Shown here in pieces: positions 34,701-50,400 of a stretch of DNA of 64,000 nucleotides. The notes beneath the pieces are model-generated. The model was not told the DNA's origin and made no database searches. It worked only from the letters and a program-made list of their open reading frames with translations. Position numbers and translations under genes: made by a program. Every line of letters begins with the position of its first letter. Within the stretch, counting starts at the first letter, position 1. Source of the stretch: Auanema rhodensis (taxonomy: Eukaryota; Animalia; Nematoda). The stretch is taken from assembly GCA_964057225.1 (NCBI GenBank), contig OZ059899.1, positions 19,716,001 through 19,780,000 on the forward strand, read 5' to 3'.

Positions 34701-37700
34701 TAAGCTAGCGCAAATCTGATAACACAGATCGACGCAGCTTAAAAATCCGCATCGAATGCACTATACTACATTGAGAAACGCTTAATACAAAAATTAGTTA
34801 TGATCGTTTGAAAAATGATGCATTAGTGTATGTTGAGTTTCCATGTACACTCAACATTGCTTCCAAAAACATTTTGACAAAAATTTTTCCGAAAAATTTC
34901 AAAATAATTTCGCAAAAAGTAGATGTTTTTAGATTCCTTTTTTCACGGCAAAGACGATGGACAAAGTTATTCAACGAAAAAATTAATTCTGCAGGGTGAA
35001 AATCGAGGATATAAGTGTGAACTTATATCAGTTGATATCTCGGTGCATTTTTAAGCTAGCGCAAATCTGATAACACAGATCGACGCAGCTTAAAAATCCG
35101 CATCGAATGCACTATACTACATTGAGAAACGCTTGATACAAAAATTAGTTATGATCGTTTGAAAAAAGATGCATTAGTGTATGTTGAGTTTCCATGTACA
35201 CTCAACATTGCTTCCAAAAACATTTTGACAAAAATTTTTCCAAAAAATTTCAAAATAATTTCGCAAAAAGTAAATGTTTTTAGATTCCTTTCTCCAAGGC
35301 AAAGACAATGGACAATGTTATTCAACGAAAAAATTAATTCTGCAGGGTGAAAATCGAGGATATAAGTGTGAACTTATATCAGTTGATATCTCGGTGCATG
35401 TTTAAGCTAGCGCAAATCTGATAACACAGATCGACGCAGCTTAAAAATCCGCATCGAATGCACTATACTACATTGAGAAACGCTTAATACAAAAATTAGT
35501 TATGATCGTTTGAAAAAAGATGCATTAGTGTATGTTGAGTTTCCATGTACACTCAACATTGCTTCCAAAAACATTTTGACAAAAATTTTTCCGAAAAATT
35601 TCGAAAAAATTTCGCGAAAAGTAGATGTTTTTAGATTCCTTTTTTCAAGGCAAAGACGATGAACAATGTTATTCAACGAAAAAATTAATTCTCCAGGGTG
35701 AAAATCGAGGATATAAGTGTGAACTTATATCAGTTGATATCTCGGTGCAATTTTAAGCTAGCGCAAATCTGATAATACAGATCGACGCAGCTTAAAAATC
35801 CGCATCGAATGCACTATACTGCATTGAGAAACGCTTGATACAAAAATTAGTTATGATCGTTTGAAAAAAGATGCATTAGTGTATGTTGAGTTTCCATGTA
35901 CACTCAACATTGCTTCCAAAAACATTTTGACAAAAATTTTTCCAAAAAATTTCAAAATAATTTCGCAAAAAGTAAATGTTTTTAGATTCCTTTCTCCAAG
36001 GCAAAGACAATGGACAATGTTATTCAACGAAAAAATTAATTCTGCAGGGTGAAAATCGAGGATATAAGTGTGAACTTATATCAGTTGATATCTCGGTGCA
36101 TGTTTAAGCTAGCGCAAATCCGATAACACAGATCGACGCAGCTTAAAAATCCGCATCGAATGCACTATACTACATTGAGAAACGCTTAATACAAAAATTA
36201 GTTATGATCGTTTGAAAAAAGATGCATTAGTGTATGTTGAGTTTCCATGTACACTCAACATTGCTTCCAAAAACATTTTGACAAAAATTTTTCCGAAAAA
36301 TTTCAAAATAATTTCGCAAAAAGTAGATGTTTTTAGATTCCTTTTTTCACGGCAAAGACGATGGACAAAGTTATTCAACGAAAAAATTAATTCTGCAGGG
36401 TGAAAATCGAGGATATAAGTGTGAACTTATATCAGTTGATATCTCGGTGCATTTTTAAGCTAGCGCAAATCTGATAACACAGATCGACGCAGCTTAAAAA
36501 TCCGCATCGAATGCACTATACTACATTGAGAAACGCTTAATACAAAAATTAGTTATGATCGTTTGAAAAATGATGCATTAGTGTATGTTGAGTTTCCATG
36601 TACACTCAACATAGCTTCCAAAAACATTTTGACAAAAATGTTTCCGAAAAATTTCAAAAAAATTTCGCAAAAAGGAGATGTTTTTAGATTCCTTTTTTCA
36701 CGGCAAAGACGATGGACAAAGTTATTCAACGAAAAAATTAATTCTGCAGGGTGAAAATCGAGGATATAAGTGTGAACTTATATCAGTTGATATCTCGGTG
36801 CATTTTTAAGCTAGCGCAAATCTGATAACACAGATCGACGCAGCTTAAAAATCCGCATCGAATGCACTATACTACATTGAGAAACGCTTAATACAAAAAT
36901 TAGTTATGATCGTTTGAAAAAAGATGCATTAGTGTATGTTGAGTTTCCATGTACACTCAACATTGCTTCCAAAAACATTTTGACAAAAATTTTTCCGAAA
37001 AATTTCAAAATAATTTCGCAAAAAGTAGATGTTTTTAGATTCCTTTTTTCACGGCAAAGACGATGGACAAAGTTATTCAACGAAAAAATTAATTCTGCAG
37101 GGTGAAAATCGAGGATATAAGTGTGAACTTATATCAGTTGATATCTCGGTGCATTTTTAAGCTAGCGCAAATCTGATAACACAGATCGACGCAGCTTAAA
37201 AATCCGCATCGAATGCACTATACTACATTGAGAAACGCTTAATACAAAAATTAGTTATGATCGTTTGAAAAATGATGCATTAGTGTATGTTGAGTTTCCA
37301 TGTACACTCAACATAGCTTCCAAAAACATTTTGACAAAAATGTTTCCGAAAAATTTCAGAAAAATTTCGCAAAAAGTAGATGTTTTTAGATTCCTTTTTT
37401 CACGGCAAAGACGATGGACAAAGTTATTCAACGAAAAAATTAATTCTGCAGGGTGAAAATCGAGGATATAAGTGTGAACTTATATCAGTTGATATCTCGG
37501 TGCATTTTTAAGCTAGCGCAAATCTGATAACACAGATCGACGCAGCTTAAAAATCCGCATCGAATGCACTATACTACATTGAGAAACGCTTAATACAAAA
37601 ATTAGTTATGATCGTTTGAAAAAAGATGCATTAGTGTATGTTGAGTTTCCATGTACACTCAACATTGCTTCCAAAAACATTTTGACAAAAATTTTTCCGA

Positions 37701-40700
37701 AAAATTTCAAAATAATTTCGCAAAAAGTAGAAGTTTTTAGATTCCTTCTGTCAAGGCAAAGACGATGGACAATGTTATTCAACGAAAAAATTAATTCTGC
37801 AGGGTGAAAATCGAGGATATAAGTGTGAACTTATATCAGTTGATATCTCGGTGCATGTTTAAGCTAGCGCAAATCTGATAGCACAGATCGACGCAGCTTA
37901 AAAATCCGCATCGAATGCACTATACTACATTGAGAAACGCTTAATACAAAAATTAGTTATGATCGTTTGAAAAAAGATGCATTAGTGTATGTTGAGTTTC
38001 CATGTACACTCAACATTGCTTCCAAAAACATTTTGACAAAAATTTTTCCGAAAAATTTCAAAATAATTTCGCAAAAAGTAGATGTTTTTAGATTCCTTTT
38101 TTCACGGCAAAGACGATGGACAAAGTTATTCAACGAAAAAATTAATTCTGCAGGGTGAAAATCGAGGATATAAGTGTGAACTTATATCAGTTGATATCTC
38201 GGTGCATTTTTAAGCTAGCGCAAATCTGATAACACAGATCGACGCAGCTTAAAAATCCGCATCGAATGCACTATACTACATTGAGAAACGCTTAATACAA
38301 AAATTAGTTATGATCGTTTGAAAAATGATGCATTAGTGTATGTTGAGTTTCCATGTACACTCAACATAGCTTCCAAAAACATTTTGACAAAAATTTTTCC
38401 GAAAAATTTCGAAAAAATTTCGCAAAAAGTAGATGTTTTTAGATTCCTTTTTTCAAGGCAAAGACGATGGACAATGTTATTCAACGAAAAAATTAATTCT
38501 CCAGGGTGAAAATCGAGGATATAAGTGTGAACTTATATCAGTTGATATCTCGGTGCAATTTTAAGCTAGCGCAAATCTGATAATACAGATCGACGCAGCT
38601 TGAAAATCCGCATCGAATGCACTATACTGCATTGAGAAACGCTCAATACAAAAGTTAGTTATGATCGTTTGAAAAATGATGCATTAGTGTATGTTGAGTT
38701 TCCATGTACACTCAACATTGCTTCCAAAAACATTTTGACAAAAATTTTTCCGAAAAATTTCGAAATAAATTCGCAAAAAGTAGATGTTTTCAGATTCCTT
38801 TTTTCAAGGCAAAGACGATGGACAATGTTATTCAACGAAAAAATTAATTCTGCAGGGTGAAAATCGAGGATATAAGTGTGAACTTATATCAGTTGATATC
38901 TCGGTGCATTTTTAAGCTAGCGCAAATCTGATAACACAGATCGACGCAGCTTAAAAATCCGCATCGAATGCACTATACTGCATTGAGAAACGCTTAATAC
39001 AAAAGTTAGTTATGATCGTTTGAAAAATGATGCATTAGTGTATGTTGAGTTTCCATGTACACTCAACATTGCTTCCAAAAACATTTTGACAAAAATTTTT
39101 CCGAAAAATTTTAAAATAATTTCGCAAAGAGTAGGTGTTTTTAGATTCCTTTTTTCAAGGCAAAGACGATGGACAATGTTATTCAACGAAAAAATTAATT
39201 CTGCAGGGTGAAAATCGAGGATATAAGTGTGAACTTATATCAGTTGATATCTCGGTGCATTTTTAAGCTAGCGCAAATCTGATAACACAGATCGATGCCG
39301 CTTAAAAATCCGCATCGAATGCACTATACTACATTGAGAAACGCTTGATACAAAAATTAGTTATGATCGTTTGAAAAAAGATGCATTAGTGTATGTTGAG
39401 TTTCCATGTACACTCAACATTGCTTCCAAAAACATTTTTACAAAAATTTTTCCGAAAAATTTCGAAATAATTTCGCAAAAAGTAGATGTTTTTAGATTCC
39501 TTTTTTCAAGGCAAAGACGATGGACATTGTTATTCAACGAAAAAATTGATTCTGCAGGGTGAAAATCGAGGATATAAGTGTGAACTTATATCAGTTGATA
39601 TCTCGGTGCATTTTTAAGCTAACTCAAATCTGATAACACAGATCGACGCAGCTTAAAAATCCGCATCGAATGCACTTTACTACATTGAGAAACGCTTGAT
39701 ACAAAAATTAGTTATGATCGTTTGAAAAATGATGCATTAGTGTATGTTGAGTTTCCATGTACACTCAACATTGCTTCCAAAAACATTTTGACAAAAATTT
39801 TTCCGAAAAATTTCGAAATAATTTCGCAAAAAGTAGATGTTTTTAGATTCCTTTTTTCAAGGCAAAGACGATGGACATTGTTATTCAACGAAAAAATTGA
39901 TTCTGCAGGGTGAAAATCGAGGATATAAGTGTGAACTTATATCAGTTGATATCTCGGTGCATTTTTAAGCTAGCGCAAATCTGATAACACAGATCGATGC
40001 CGCTTAAAAATCCGCATCGAATGCACTATACTGCATTGAGAAACGCTTAATACAAAAGTTAGTTATGATCGTTTGAAAAATGATGCATTAGTGTATGTTG
40101 AGTTTCCATGTACACTCAACATTGCTTCCAAAAACATTTTGACAAAAATTTTTCCGAAAAATTTTAAAATAATTTCGCAAAGAGTAGGTGTTTTTAGATT
40201 CCTTTTTTCAAGGCAAAGACGATGGACAATGTTATTCAACGAAAAAATTAATTCTGCAGGGTGAAAATCGAGGATATAAGTGTGAACTTATATCAGTTGA
40301 TATCTCGGTGCATTTTTAAGCTAGCGCAAATCTGATAACACAGATCGATGCCGCTTAAAAATCCGCATCGAATGCACTATACTACATTGAGAAACGCTTG
40401 ATACAAAAATAAGTTATGATCGTTTGAAAAAAGATGCATTAGTGTATGTTGAGTTTCCATGTACACTCAACATTGCTTCCAAAAACATTTTGACAAAAAT
40501 TTTTCCGAAAAATTTCAAAATAATTTCGCAAAAAGTAGATGTTTTTAGATTCCTTTTTTCACGGCAAAGACGATGGACAAAGTTATTCAACGAAAAAATT
40601 AATTCTGCAGGGTGAAAATCGAGGATATAAGTGTGAACTTATATCAGTTGATATCTCGGTGCATTTTTAAGCTAGCGCAAATCTGATAACACAGATCGAC

Positions 40701-43700
40701 GCAGCTTAAAAATCCGCATCGAATGCACTATACTACATTGAGAAACGCTTGATACAAAAATTAGTTATGATCGTTTGAAAAAAGATGCATTAGTGTATGT
40801 TGAGTTTCCATGTACACTCAACATTGCTTCCAAAAACATTTTGACAAAAATTTTTCCAAAAAATTTCAAAATAATTTCGCAAAAAGTAAATGTTTTTAGA
40901 TTCCTTTCTCCAAGGCAAAGACAATGGACAATGTTATTCAACGAAAAAATTAATTCTGCAGGGTGAAAATCGAGGATATAAGTGTGAACTTATATCAGTT
41001 GATATCTCGGTGCATTTTTAAGCTAACTCAAATCTGATAACACAGATCGACGCAGCTTAAAAATCCGCATCGAATGCACTATACTGCATTGAGAAACGCT
41101 TAATACAAAAGTTAGTTATGATCGTTTGAAAAATGATGCATTAGTGTATGTTGAGTTTCCATGTACACTCAACATTGCTTCCAAAAACATTTTGACAAAA
41201 ATTTTTCCGAAAAATTTTAAAATAATTTCGCAAAGAGTAGGTGTTTTTAGATTCCTTTTTTCAAGGCAAAGACGATGGACAATGTTATTCAACGAAAAAA
41301 TTAATTCTGCAGGGTGAAAATCGAGGATATAAGTGTGAACTTATATCAGTTGATATCTCGGTGCATTTTTAAGCTAGCGCAAATCTGATAACACAGATCG
41401 ATGCCGCTTAAAAATCCGCATCGAATGCACTATACTACATTGAGAAACGCTTGATACAAAAATTAGTTATGATCGTTTGAAAAAAGATGCATTAGTGTAT
41501 GTTGAGTTTCCATGTACACTCAACATTGCTTCCAAAAACATTTTGACAAAAATTTTTCCGAAAAATTTCGAAAAAATTTCGCGAAAAGTAGATGTTTTTA
41601 GATTCCTTTTTTCAAGGCAAAGACGATGGACAATGTTATTCAACGAAAAAATTAATTCTGCAGGGTGAAAATCGAGGACATAAGTGTGAACTTATATCAG
41701 TTGATATCTCGGTGCATGTTTAAGCTAGCGCAAATCTGATAACACAGATCGACGCAGCTTAAAAATCCGCATCGAATGCATTATACGACATTGAGAAACG
41801 CTTAATACAAAAATTAGTTATGATCGTTTGAAAAATGATGCATTAGTGTATGTTGAGTTTCCATGTACACTCAACATTGCTTCCAAAAACATTTTGACAA
41901 AAATTTTTCCGAAAAATTTCAAAATAATTTCGCAAAAAGTAGATGTTTTTAGATTCCTTCTTTCAAGGCAAAGACGATGGACAATGTTATTCAACGAAAA
42001 AATTAATTCTGCAGGGTGAAAATCGAGGATATAAGTGTGAACTTATATCAGTTGATATCTCGGTGCATGTTTAAGCTAGCGCAAATCTGATAACACAGAT
42101 CGACGCAGCTTAAAAATCCGCATCGAATGCACTATACTACATTGAGAAACGCTTAATACAAAAATTAGTTATGATCGTTTGAAAAAAGATGCATTAGTGT
42201 ATGTTGAGTTTCCATGTACACTCAACATTGCTTCCAAAAACATTTTGACAAAAATTTTTCCGAAAAATTTCAAAATAATTTCGCAAAAAGTAGATGTTTT
42301 TAGATTCCTTTTTTCACGGCAAAGACGATGGACAAAGTTATTCAACGAAAAAATTAATTCTGCAGGGTGAAAATCGAGGATATAAGTGTGAACTTATATC
42401 AGTTGATATCTCGGTGCATTTTTAAGATAGCGCAAATCTGATAACACAGATCGACGCAGCCTAAAAATCCGCATCGAATGCACTATACTACATTGAGAAA
42501 CGCTTGATACAAAAATTAGTTATGATCGTTTGAAAAAAGATGCATTAGTGTATGTTGAGTTTCCATGTACACTCAACATTGCTTCCAAAAACATTTTGAC
42601 AAAAATTTTTCCAAAAAATTTCAAAATAATTTCGCAAAAAGTAAATGTTTTTAGATTCCTTTCTCCAAGGCAAAGACAATGGACAATGTTATTCAACGAA
42701 AAAATTAATTCTGCAGGGTGAAAATCGAGGATATAAGTGTGAACTTATATCAGTTGATATCTCGGTGCATGTTTAAGCTAGCGCAAATCTGATAACACAG
42801 ATCGACGCAGCTTAAAAATCCGCATCGAATGCACTATACTACATTGAGAAACGCTTAATACAAAAATTAGTTATGATCGTTTGAAAAATGATGCATTAGT
42901 GTATGTTGAGTTTCCATGTACACTCAACATTGCTTCCAAAAACATTTTGACAAAAATTTTTCCGAAAAATTTCAAAATAATTTCGCAAAAAGTAGATGTT
43001 TTTAGATTCCTTTTTTCACGGCAAAGACGATGGACAAAGTTATTCAACGAAAAAATTAATTCTGCAGGGTGAAAATCGAGGATATAAGTGTGAACTTATA
43101 TCAGTTGATATCTCGGTGCATTTTTAAGCTAGCGCAAATCTGATAACACAGATCGACGCAGCTTAAAAATCCGCATCGAATGCACTATACTACATTGAGA
43201 AACGCTTGATACAAAAATTAGTTATGATCGTTTGAAAAAAGATGCATTAGTGTATGTTGAGTTTCCATGTACACTCAACATTGCTTCCAAAAACATTTTG
43301 ACAAAAATTTTTCCAAAAAATTTCAAAATAATTTCGCAAAAAGTAAATGTTTTTAGATTCCTTTCTCCAAGGCAAAGACAATGGACAATGTTATTCAACG
43401 AAAAAATTAATTCTGCAGGGTGAAAATCGAGGATATAAGTGTGAACTTATATCAGTTGATATCTCGGTGCATGTTTAAGCTAGCGCAAATCTGATAACAC
43501 AGATCGACGCAGCTTAAAAATCCGCATCGAATGCACTATACTACATTGAGAAACGCTTAATACAAAAATTAGTTATGATCGTTTGAAAAAAGATGCATTA
43601 GTGTATGTTGAGTTTCCATGTACACTCAACATTGCTTCCAAAAACATTTTGACAAAAATTTTTCCGAAAAATTTCGAAAAAATTTCGCGAAAAGTAGATG

Positions 43701-46700
43701 TTTTTAGATTCCTTTTTTCAAGGCAAAGACGATGAACAATGTTATTCAACGAAAAAATTAATTCTCCAGGGTGAAAATCGAGGATATAAGTGTGAACTTA
43801 TATCAGTTGATATCTCGGTGCAATTTTAAGCTAGCGCAAATCTGATAATACAGATCGACGCAGCTTAAAAATCCGCATCGAATGCACTATACTGCATTGA
43901 GAAACGCTTGATACAAAAATTAGTTATGATCGTTTGAAAAAAGATGCATTAGTGTATGTTGAGTTTCCATGTACACTCAACATTGCTTCCAAAAACATTT
44001 TGACAAAAATTTTTCCAAAAAATTTCAAAATAATTTCGCAAAAAGTAAATGTTTTTAGATTCCTTTCTCCAAGGCAAAGACAATGGACAATGTTATTCAA
44101 CGAAAAAATTAATTCTGCAGGGTGAAAATCGAGGATATAAGTGTGAACTTATATCAGTTGATATCTCGGTGCATGTTTAAGCTAGCGCAAATCTGATAAC
44201 ACAGATCGACGCAGCTTAAAAATCCGCATCGAATGCACTATACTACATTGAGAAACGCTTAATACAAAAATTAGTTATGATCGTTTGAAAAAAGATGCAT
44301 TAGTGTATGTTGAGTTTCCATGTACACTCAACATTGCTTCCAAAAACATTTTGACAAAAATTTTTCCGAAAAATTTCAAAATAATTTCGCAAAAAGTAGA
44401 AGTTTTTAGATTCCTTCTTTGAAGGCAAAGACGATGGACAATGTTATTCAACGAAAAAATTAATTCTGCAGGGTGAAAATCGAGGATATAAGTGTGAACT
44501 TATATCAGTTGATATCTCGGTGCATTTTTAAGCTAGCGCAACTCTGATAACACAGATCGACGCAGCTTAAAAATCCGCATCGAATGCACTATACTACATT
44601 GAGAAACGCTTAATACAAAAATTAGTTATGATCGTTTGAAAAAAGATGCATTAGTGTATGTTGAGTTTCCATGTACACTCAACATTGCTTCCAAAAACAT
44701 TTTGACAAAAATGTTTCCGAAAAATTTCAAAAAAATTTCGCAAAAAGTAGATGTTTTTAGATTCCTTTTTTCACGGCAAAGACGATGGACAAAGTTATTC
44801 AACGAAAAAATTAATTCTGCAGGGTGAAAATCGAGGATATAAGTGTGAACTTATATCAGTTGATATCTCGGTGCATTTTTAAGCTAGCGCAAATCTGATA
44901 ACACAGATCGACGCAGCTTAAAAATCCGCATCGAATGCACTATACTACATTGAGAAACGCTTAATACAAAAATTAGTTATGATCGTTTGAAAAATGATGC
45001 ATTAGTGTATGTTGAGTTTCCATGTACACTCAACATAGCTTCCAAAAACATTTTGACAAAAATTTTTCCGAAAAATTTCGAAAAAATTTCGCGAAAAGTA
45101 GATGTTTTTAGATTCCTTTTTTCAAGGCAAAGACGATGGACAATGTTATTCAACGAAAAAATTAATTCTCCAGGGTGAAAATCGAGGATATAAGTGTGAA
45201 CTTATATCAGTTGATATCTCGGTGCAATTTTAAGCTAGCGCAAATCTGATAATACAGATCGACGCAGCTTAAAAATCCGCATCGAATGCACTATACTGCA
45301 TTGAGAAACGCTCAATACAAAAGTTAGTTATGATCGTTTGAAAAATGATGCATTAGTGTATGTTGAGTTTCCATGTACACTCAACATTGCTTCCAAAAAC
45401 ATTTTGACAAAAATTTTTCCGAAAAATTTCGAAATAAATTCGCAAAAAGTAGATGTTTTTAGATTCCTTTTTTCAAGGCAAAGACGATGGACAATGTTAT
45501 TCAACGAAAAAATTAATTCTGCAGGGTGAAAATCGAGGATATAAGTGTGAACTTATATCAGTTGATAACTCGGTGCATTTTTAAGCTAGCGCAAATCTGA
45601 TAACACAGATCGACGCAGCTTAAAAATCCGCATCGAATGCACTATACTGCATTGAGAAACGCTTAATACAAAAGTTAGTTATGATCGTTTGAAAAATGAT
45701 GCATTAGTGTATGTTGAGTTTCCATGTACACTCAACATTGCTTCCAAAAACATTTTGACAAAAATTTTTCCGAAAAATTTTAAAATAATTTCGCAAAGAG
45801 TAGGTGTTTTTAGATTCCTTTTTTCAAGGCAAAGACGATGGACAATGTTATTCAACGAAAAAATTAATTCTGCAGGGTGAAAATCGAGGATATAAGTGTG
45901 AACTTATATCAGTTGATATCTCGGTGCATTTTTAAGCTAGCGCAAATCTGATAACACAGATCGATGCCGCTTAAAAATCCGCATCGAATGCACTATACTA
46001 CATTGAGAAACGCTTGATACAAAAATTAGTTATGATCGTTTGAAAAAAGATGCATTAGTGTATGTTGAGTTTCCATGTACACTCAACATTGCTTCCAAAA
46101 ACATTTTTACAAAAATTTTTCCGAAAAATTTCGAAATAATTTCGCAAAAAGTAGATGTTTTTAGATTCCTTTTTTCAAGGCAAAGACGATGGACATTGTT
46201 ATTCAACGAAAAAATTGATTCTGCAGGGTGAAAATCGAGGATATAAGTGTGAACTTATATCAGTTGATATCTCGATGCATTTTTAAGCTAACTCAAATCT
46301 GATAACACAGATCGACGCAGCTTAAAAATCCGCATCGAATGCACTATACTGCATTGAGAAACGCTTAATACAAAAGTTAGTTATGATCGTTTGAAAAATG
46401 ATGCATTAGTGTATGTTGAGTTTCCATGTACACTCAACATTGCTTCCAAAAACATTTTGACAAAAATTTTTCCGAAAAATTTTAAAATAATTTCGCAAAG
46501 AGTAGGTGTTTTTAGATTCCTTTTTTCAAGGCAAAGACGATGGACAATGTTATTCAACGAAAAAATTAATTCTGCAGGGTGAAAATCGAGGATATAAGTG
46601 TGAACTTATATCAGTTGATATCTCGGTGCATTTTTAAGCTAGCGCAAATCTGATAACACAGATCGACGCAGCTTAAAAATCCGCATCGAATGCACTATAC

Positions 46701-47429
46701 TACATTGAGAAACGCTTAATACAAAAATTAGTTATGATCGTTTGAAAAAAGATGCATTAGTGTATGTTGAGTTTCCATGTACACTCAACATTGCTTCCAA
46801 AAACATTTTGACAAAAATGTTTCCAAAAAATTTCAAAAAAATTTCGCAAAAAGTAGATGTTTTTAGATTCCTTTTTTCACGGCAAAGACGATGGACAAAG
46901 TTATTCAACGAAAAAATTAATTCTGCAGGGTGAAAATCGAGGATATAAGTGTGAACTTATATCAGTTGATATCTCGGTGCATTTTTAAGCTAGCGCAAAT
47001 CTGATAACACAGATCGACGCAGCTTAAAAATCCGCATCGAATGCACTATACTACATTGAGAAACGCTTAATACAAAAATTAGTTATGATCGTTTGAAAAA
47101 TGATGCATTAGTGTATGTTGAGTTTCCATGTACACTCAACATAGCTTCCAAAAACATTTTGACAAAAATTTTTCCGAAAAATTTCGAAAAAATTTCGCGA
47201 AAAGTAGATGTTTTTAGATTCCTTTTTTCAAGGCAAAGACGATGGACAATGTTATTCAACGAAAAAATTAATTCTCCAGGGTGAAAATCGAGGATATAAG
47301 TGTGAACTTATATCAGTTGATATCTCGGTGCAATTTTAAGCTAGCGCAAATCTGATAATACAGATCGACGCAGCTTAAAAATCCGCATCGAATGCACTAT
47401 ACTGCATTGAGAAACGCTCAATACAAAAG

Positions 47430-50400
47430 TTAGTTATGATCGTTTGAAAAATGATGCATTAGTGTATGTTGAGTTTCCATGTACACTCAACATTGCTTCC
47501 AAAAACATTTTGACAAAAATTTTTCCGAAAAATTTCGAAATAAATTCGCAAAAAGTAGATGTTTTTAGATTCCTTTTTTCAAGGCAAAGACGATGGACAA
47601 TGTTATTCAACGAAAAAATTAATTCTGCAGGGTGAAAATCGAGGATATAAGTGTGAACTTATATCAGTTGATATCTCGGTGCATTTTTAAGCTAGCGCAA
47701 ATCTGATAACACAGATCGACGCAGCTTAAAAATCCGCATCGAATGCATTATACAACATTGAGAAACGCATAATACAAAAATTAGTTATGATCGTTTGAAA
47801 AAAGATGCATTAGTGTATGTTGAGTTTCCATGTACACTCAACATTGCTTCCAAAAACATTTTTACAAAAATTTTTCCGAAAAATTTTAAAATAATTTCGC
47901 AAAGAGTAGGTGTTTTTAGATTCCTTTTTTCAAGGCAAAGACGATGGACAATGTTATTCAACGAAAAAATTAATTCTGCAGGGTGAAAATCGAGGATATA
48001 AGTGTGAACTTATATCAGTTGATATCTCGGTGCATTTTTAAGCTAGCGCAAATCTGATAACACAGATCGACGCAGCTTAAAAATCCGCATCGAATGCACT
48101 ATACTGCATTGAGAAACGCTTAATACAAAAGTTAGTTATGATCGTTTGAAAAATGATGCATTAGTGTATGTTGAGTTTCCATGTACACTCAACATTGCTT
48201 CCAAAAACATTTTGACAAAAATTTTTCCGAAAAATTTTAAAATAATTTCGCAAAGAGTAGGTGTTTTTAGATTCCTTTTTTCAAGGCAAAGACGATGGAC
48301 AATGTTATTCAACGAAAAAATTAATTCTGCAGGGTGAAAATCGAGGATATAAGTGTGAACTTATATCAGTTGATATCTCGGTGCATTTTTAAGCTAGCGC
48401 AAATCTGATAACACAGATCGATGCCGCTTAAAAATCCGCATCGAATGCACTATACTACATTGAGAAACGCTTGATACAAAAATTAGTTATGATCGTTTGA
48501 AAAAAGATGCATTAGTGTATGTTGAGTTTCCATGTACACTCAACATTGCTTCCAAAAACATTTTTACAAAAATTTTTCCGAAAAATTTCGAAATAATTTC
48601 GCAAAAAGTAGATGTTTTTAGATTCCTTTTTTCAAGGCAAAGACGATGGACATTGTTATTCAACGAAAAAATTGATTCTGCAGGGTGAAAATCGAGGATA
48701 TAAGTGTGAACTTATATCAGTTGATATCTCGGTGCATTTTTAAGCTAACTCAAATCTGATAACACAGATCGACGCAGCTTAAAAATCCGCATCGAATGCA
48801 CTATACTGCATTGAGAAACGCTTAATACAAAAGTTAGTTATGATCGTTTGAAAAATGATGCATTAGTGTATGTTGAGTTTCCATGTACACTCAACATTGC
48901 TTCCAAAAACATTTTGACAAAAATTTTTCCGAAAAATTTTAAAATAATTTCGCAAAGAGTAGGTGTTTTTAGATTCCTTTTTTCAAGGCAAAGACGATGG
49001 ACAATGTTATTCAACGAAAAAATTAATTCTGCAGGGTGAAAATCGAGGATATAAGTGTGAACTTATATCAGTTGATATCTCGGTGCATTTTTAAGCTAGC
49101 GCAAATCTGATAACACAGATCGACGCAGCTTAAAAATCCGCATCGAATGCATTATACGACATTGAGAAACGCTTAATACAAAAATTAGTTATGATCGTTT
49201 GAAAAAAGATGCATTAGTGTATGTTGAGTTTCCATGTACACTCAACATTGCTTCCAAAAACATTTTGACAAAAATTTTTCCGAAAAATTTCGAAAAAATT
49301 TCGCGAAAAGTAGATGTTTTTAGATTCCTTTTTTCAAGGCAAAGACGATGGACATTGTTATTCAACGAAAAAATTAATTCTGCAGGGTGAAAATCGAGGA
49401 TATAAGTGTGAACTTATATCAGTTGATATCTCGGTGCATTTTTAAGCTAGCGCAAATCTGATAACACAGATCGATGCCGCTTAAAAATCCGCATCGAATG
49501 CACTATACTACATTGAGAAACGCTTGATACAAAAATTAGTTATGATCGTTTGAAAAAAGATGCATTAGTGTATGTTGAGTTTCCATGTACACTCAACATT
49601 GCTTCCAAAAACATTTTGACAAAAATTTTTCCGAAAAATTTCGAAAAAATTTCGCGAAAAGTAGATGTTTTTAGATTCCTTTTTTCAAGGCAAAGACGAT
49701 GGACAATGTTATTCAACGAAAAAATTAATTCTGCAGGGTGAAAATCGAGGATATAAGTGTGAACTTATATCAGTTGATATCTCGGTGCATGTTTAAGCTA
49801 GCGCAAATCTGATAACACAGATCGACGCAGCTTAAAAATCCGCATCGAATGCATTATACGACATTGAGAAACGCTTAATACAAAAATTAGTTATGATCGT
49901 TTGAAAAATGATGCATTAGTGTATGTTGAGTTTCCATGTACACTCAACATTGCTTCCAAAAACATTTTGACAAAAATTTTTCCGAAAAATTTCGAAATAA
50001 ATTCGCAAAAAGTAGATGTTTTTAGATTCCTTTTTTCAAGGCAAAGACGATGGACAATGTTATTCAACGAAAAAATTAATTCTGCAGGGTGAAAATCGAG
50101 GATATAAGTGTGAACTTATATCAGTTGATATCTCGGTGCATTTTTAAGCTAGCGCAAATCTGATAACACAGATCGACGCAGCTTAAAAATCCGCATCGAA
50201 TGCATTATACAACATTGAGAAACGCATAATACAAAAATTAGTTATGATCGTTTGAAAAAAGATGCATTAGTGTATGTTGAGTTTCCATGTACACTCAACA
50301 TTGCTTCCAAAAACATTTTTACAAAAATTTTTCCGAAAAATTTTAAAATAATTTCGCAAAGAGTAGGTGTTTTTAGATTCCTTTTTTCAAGGCAAAGACG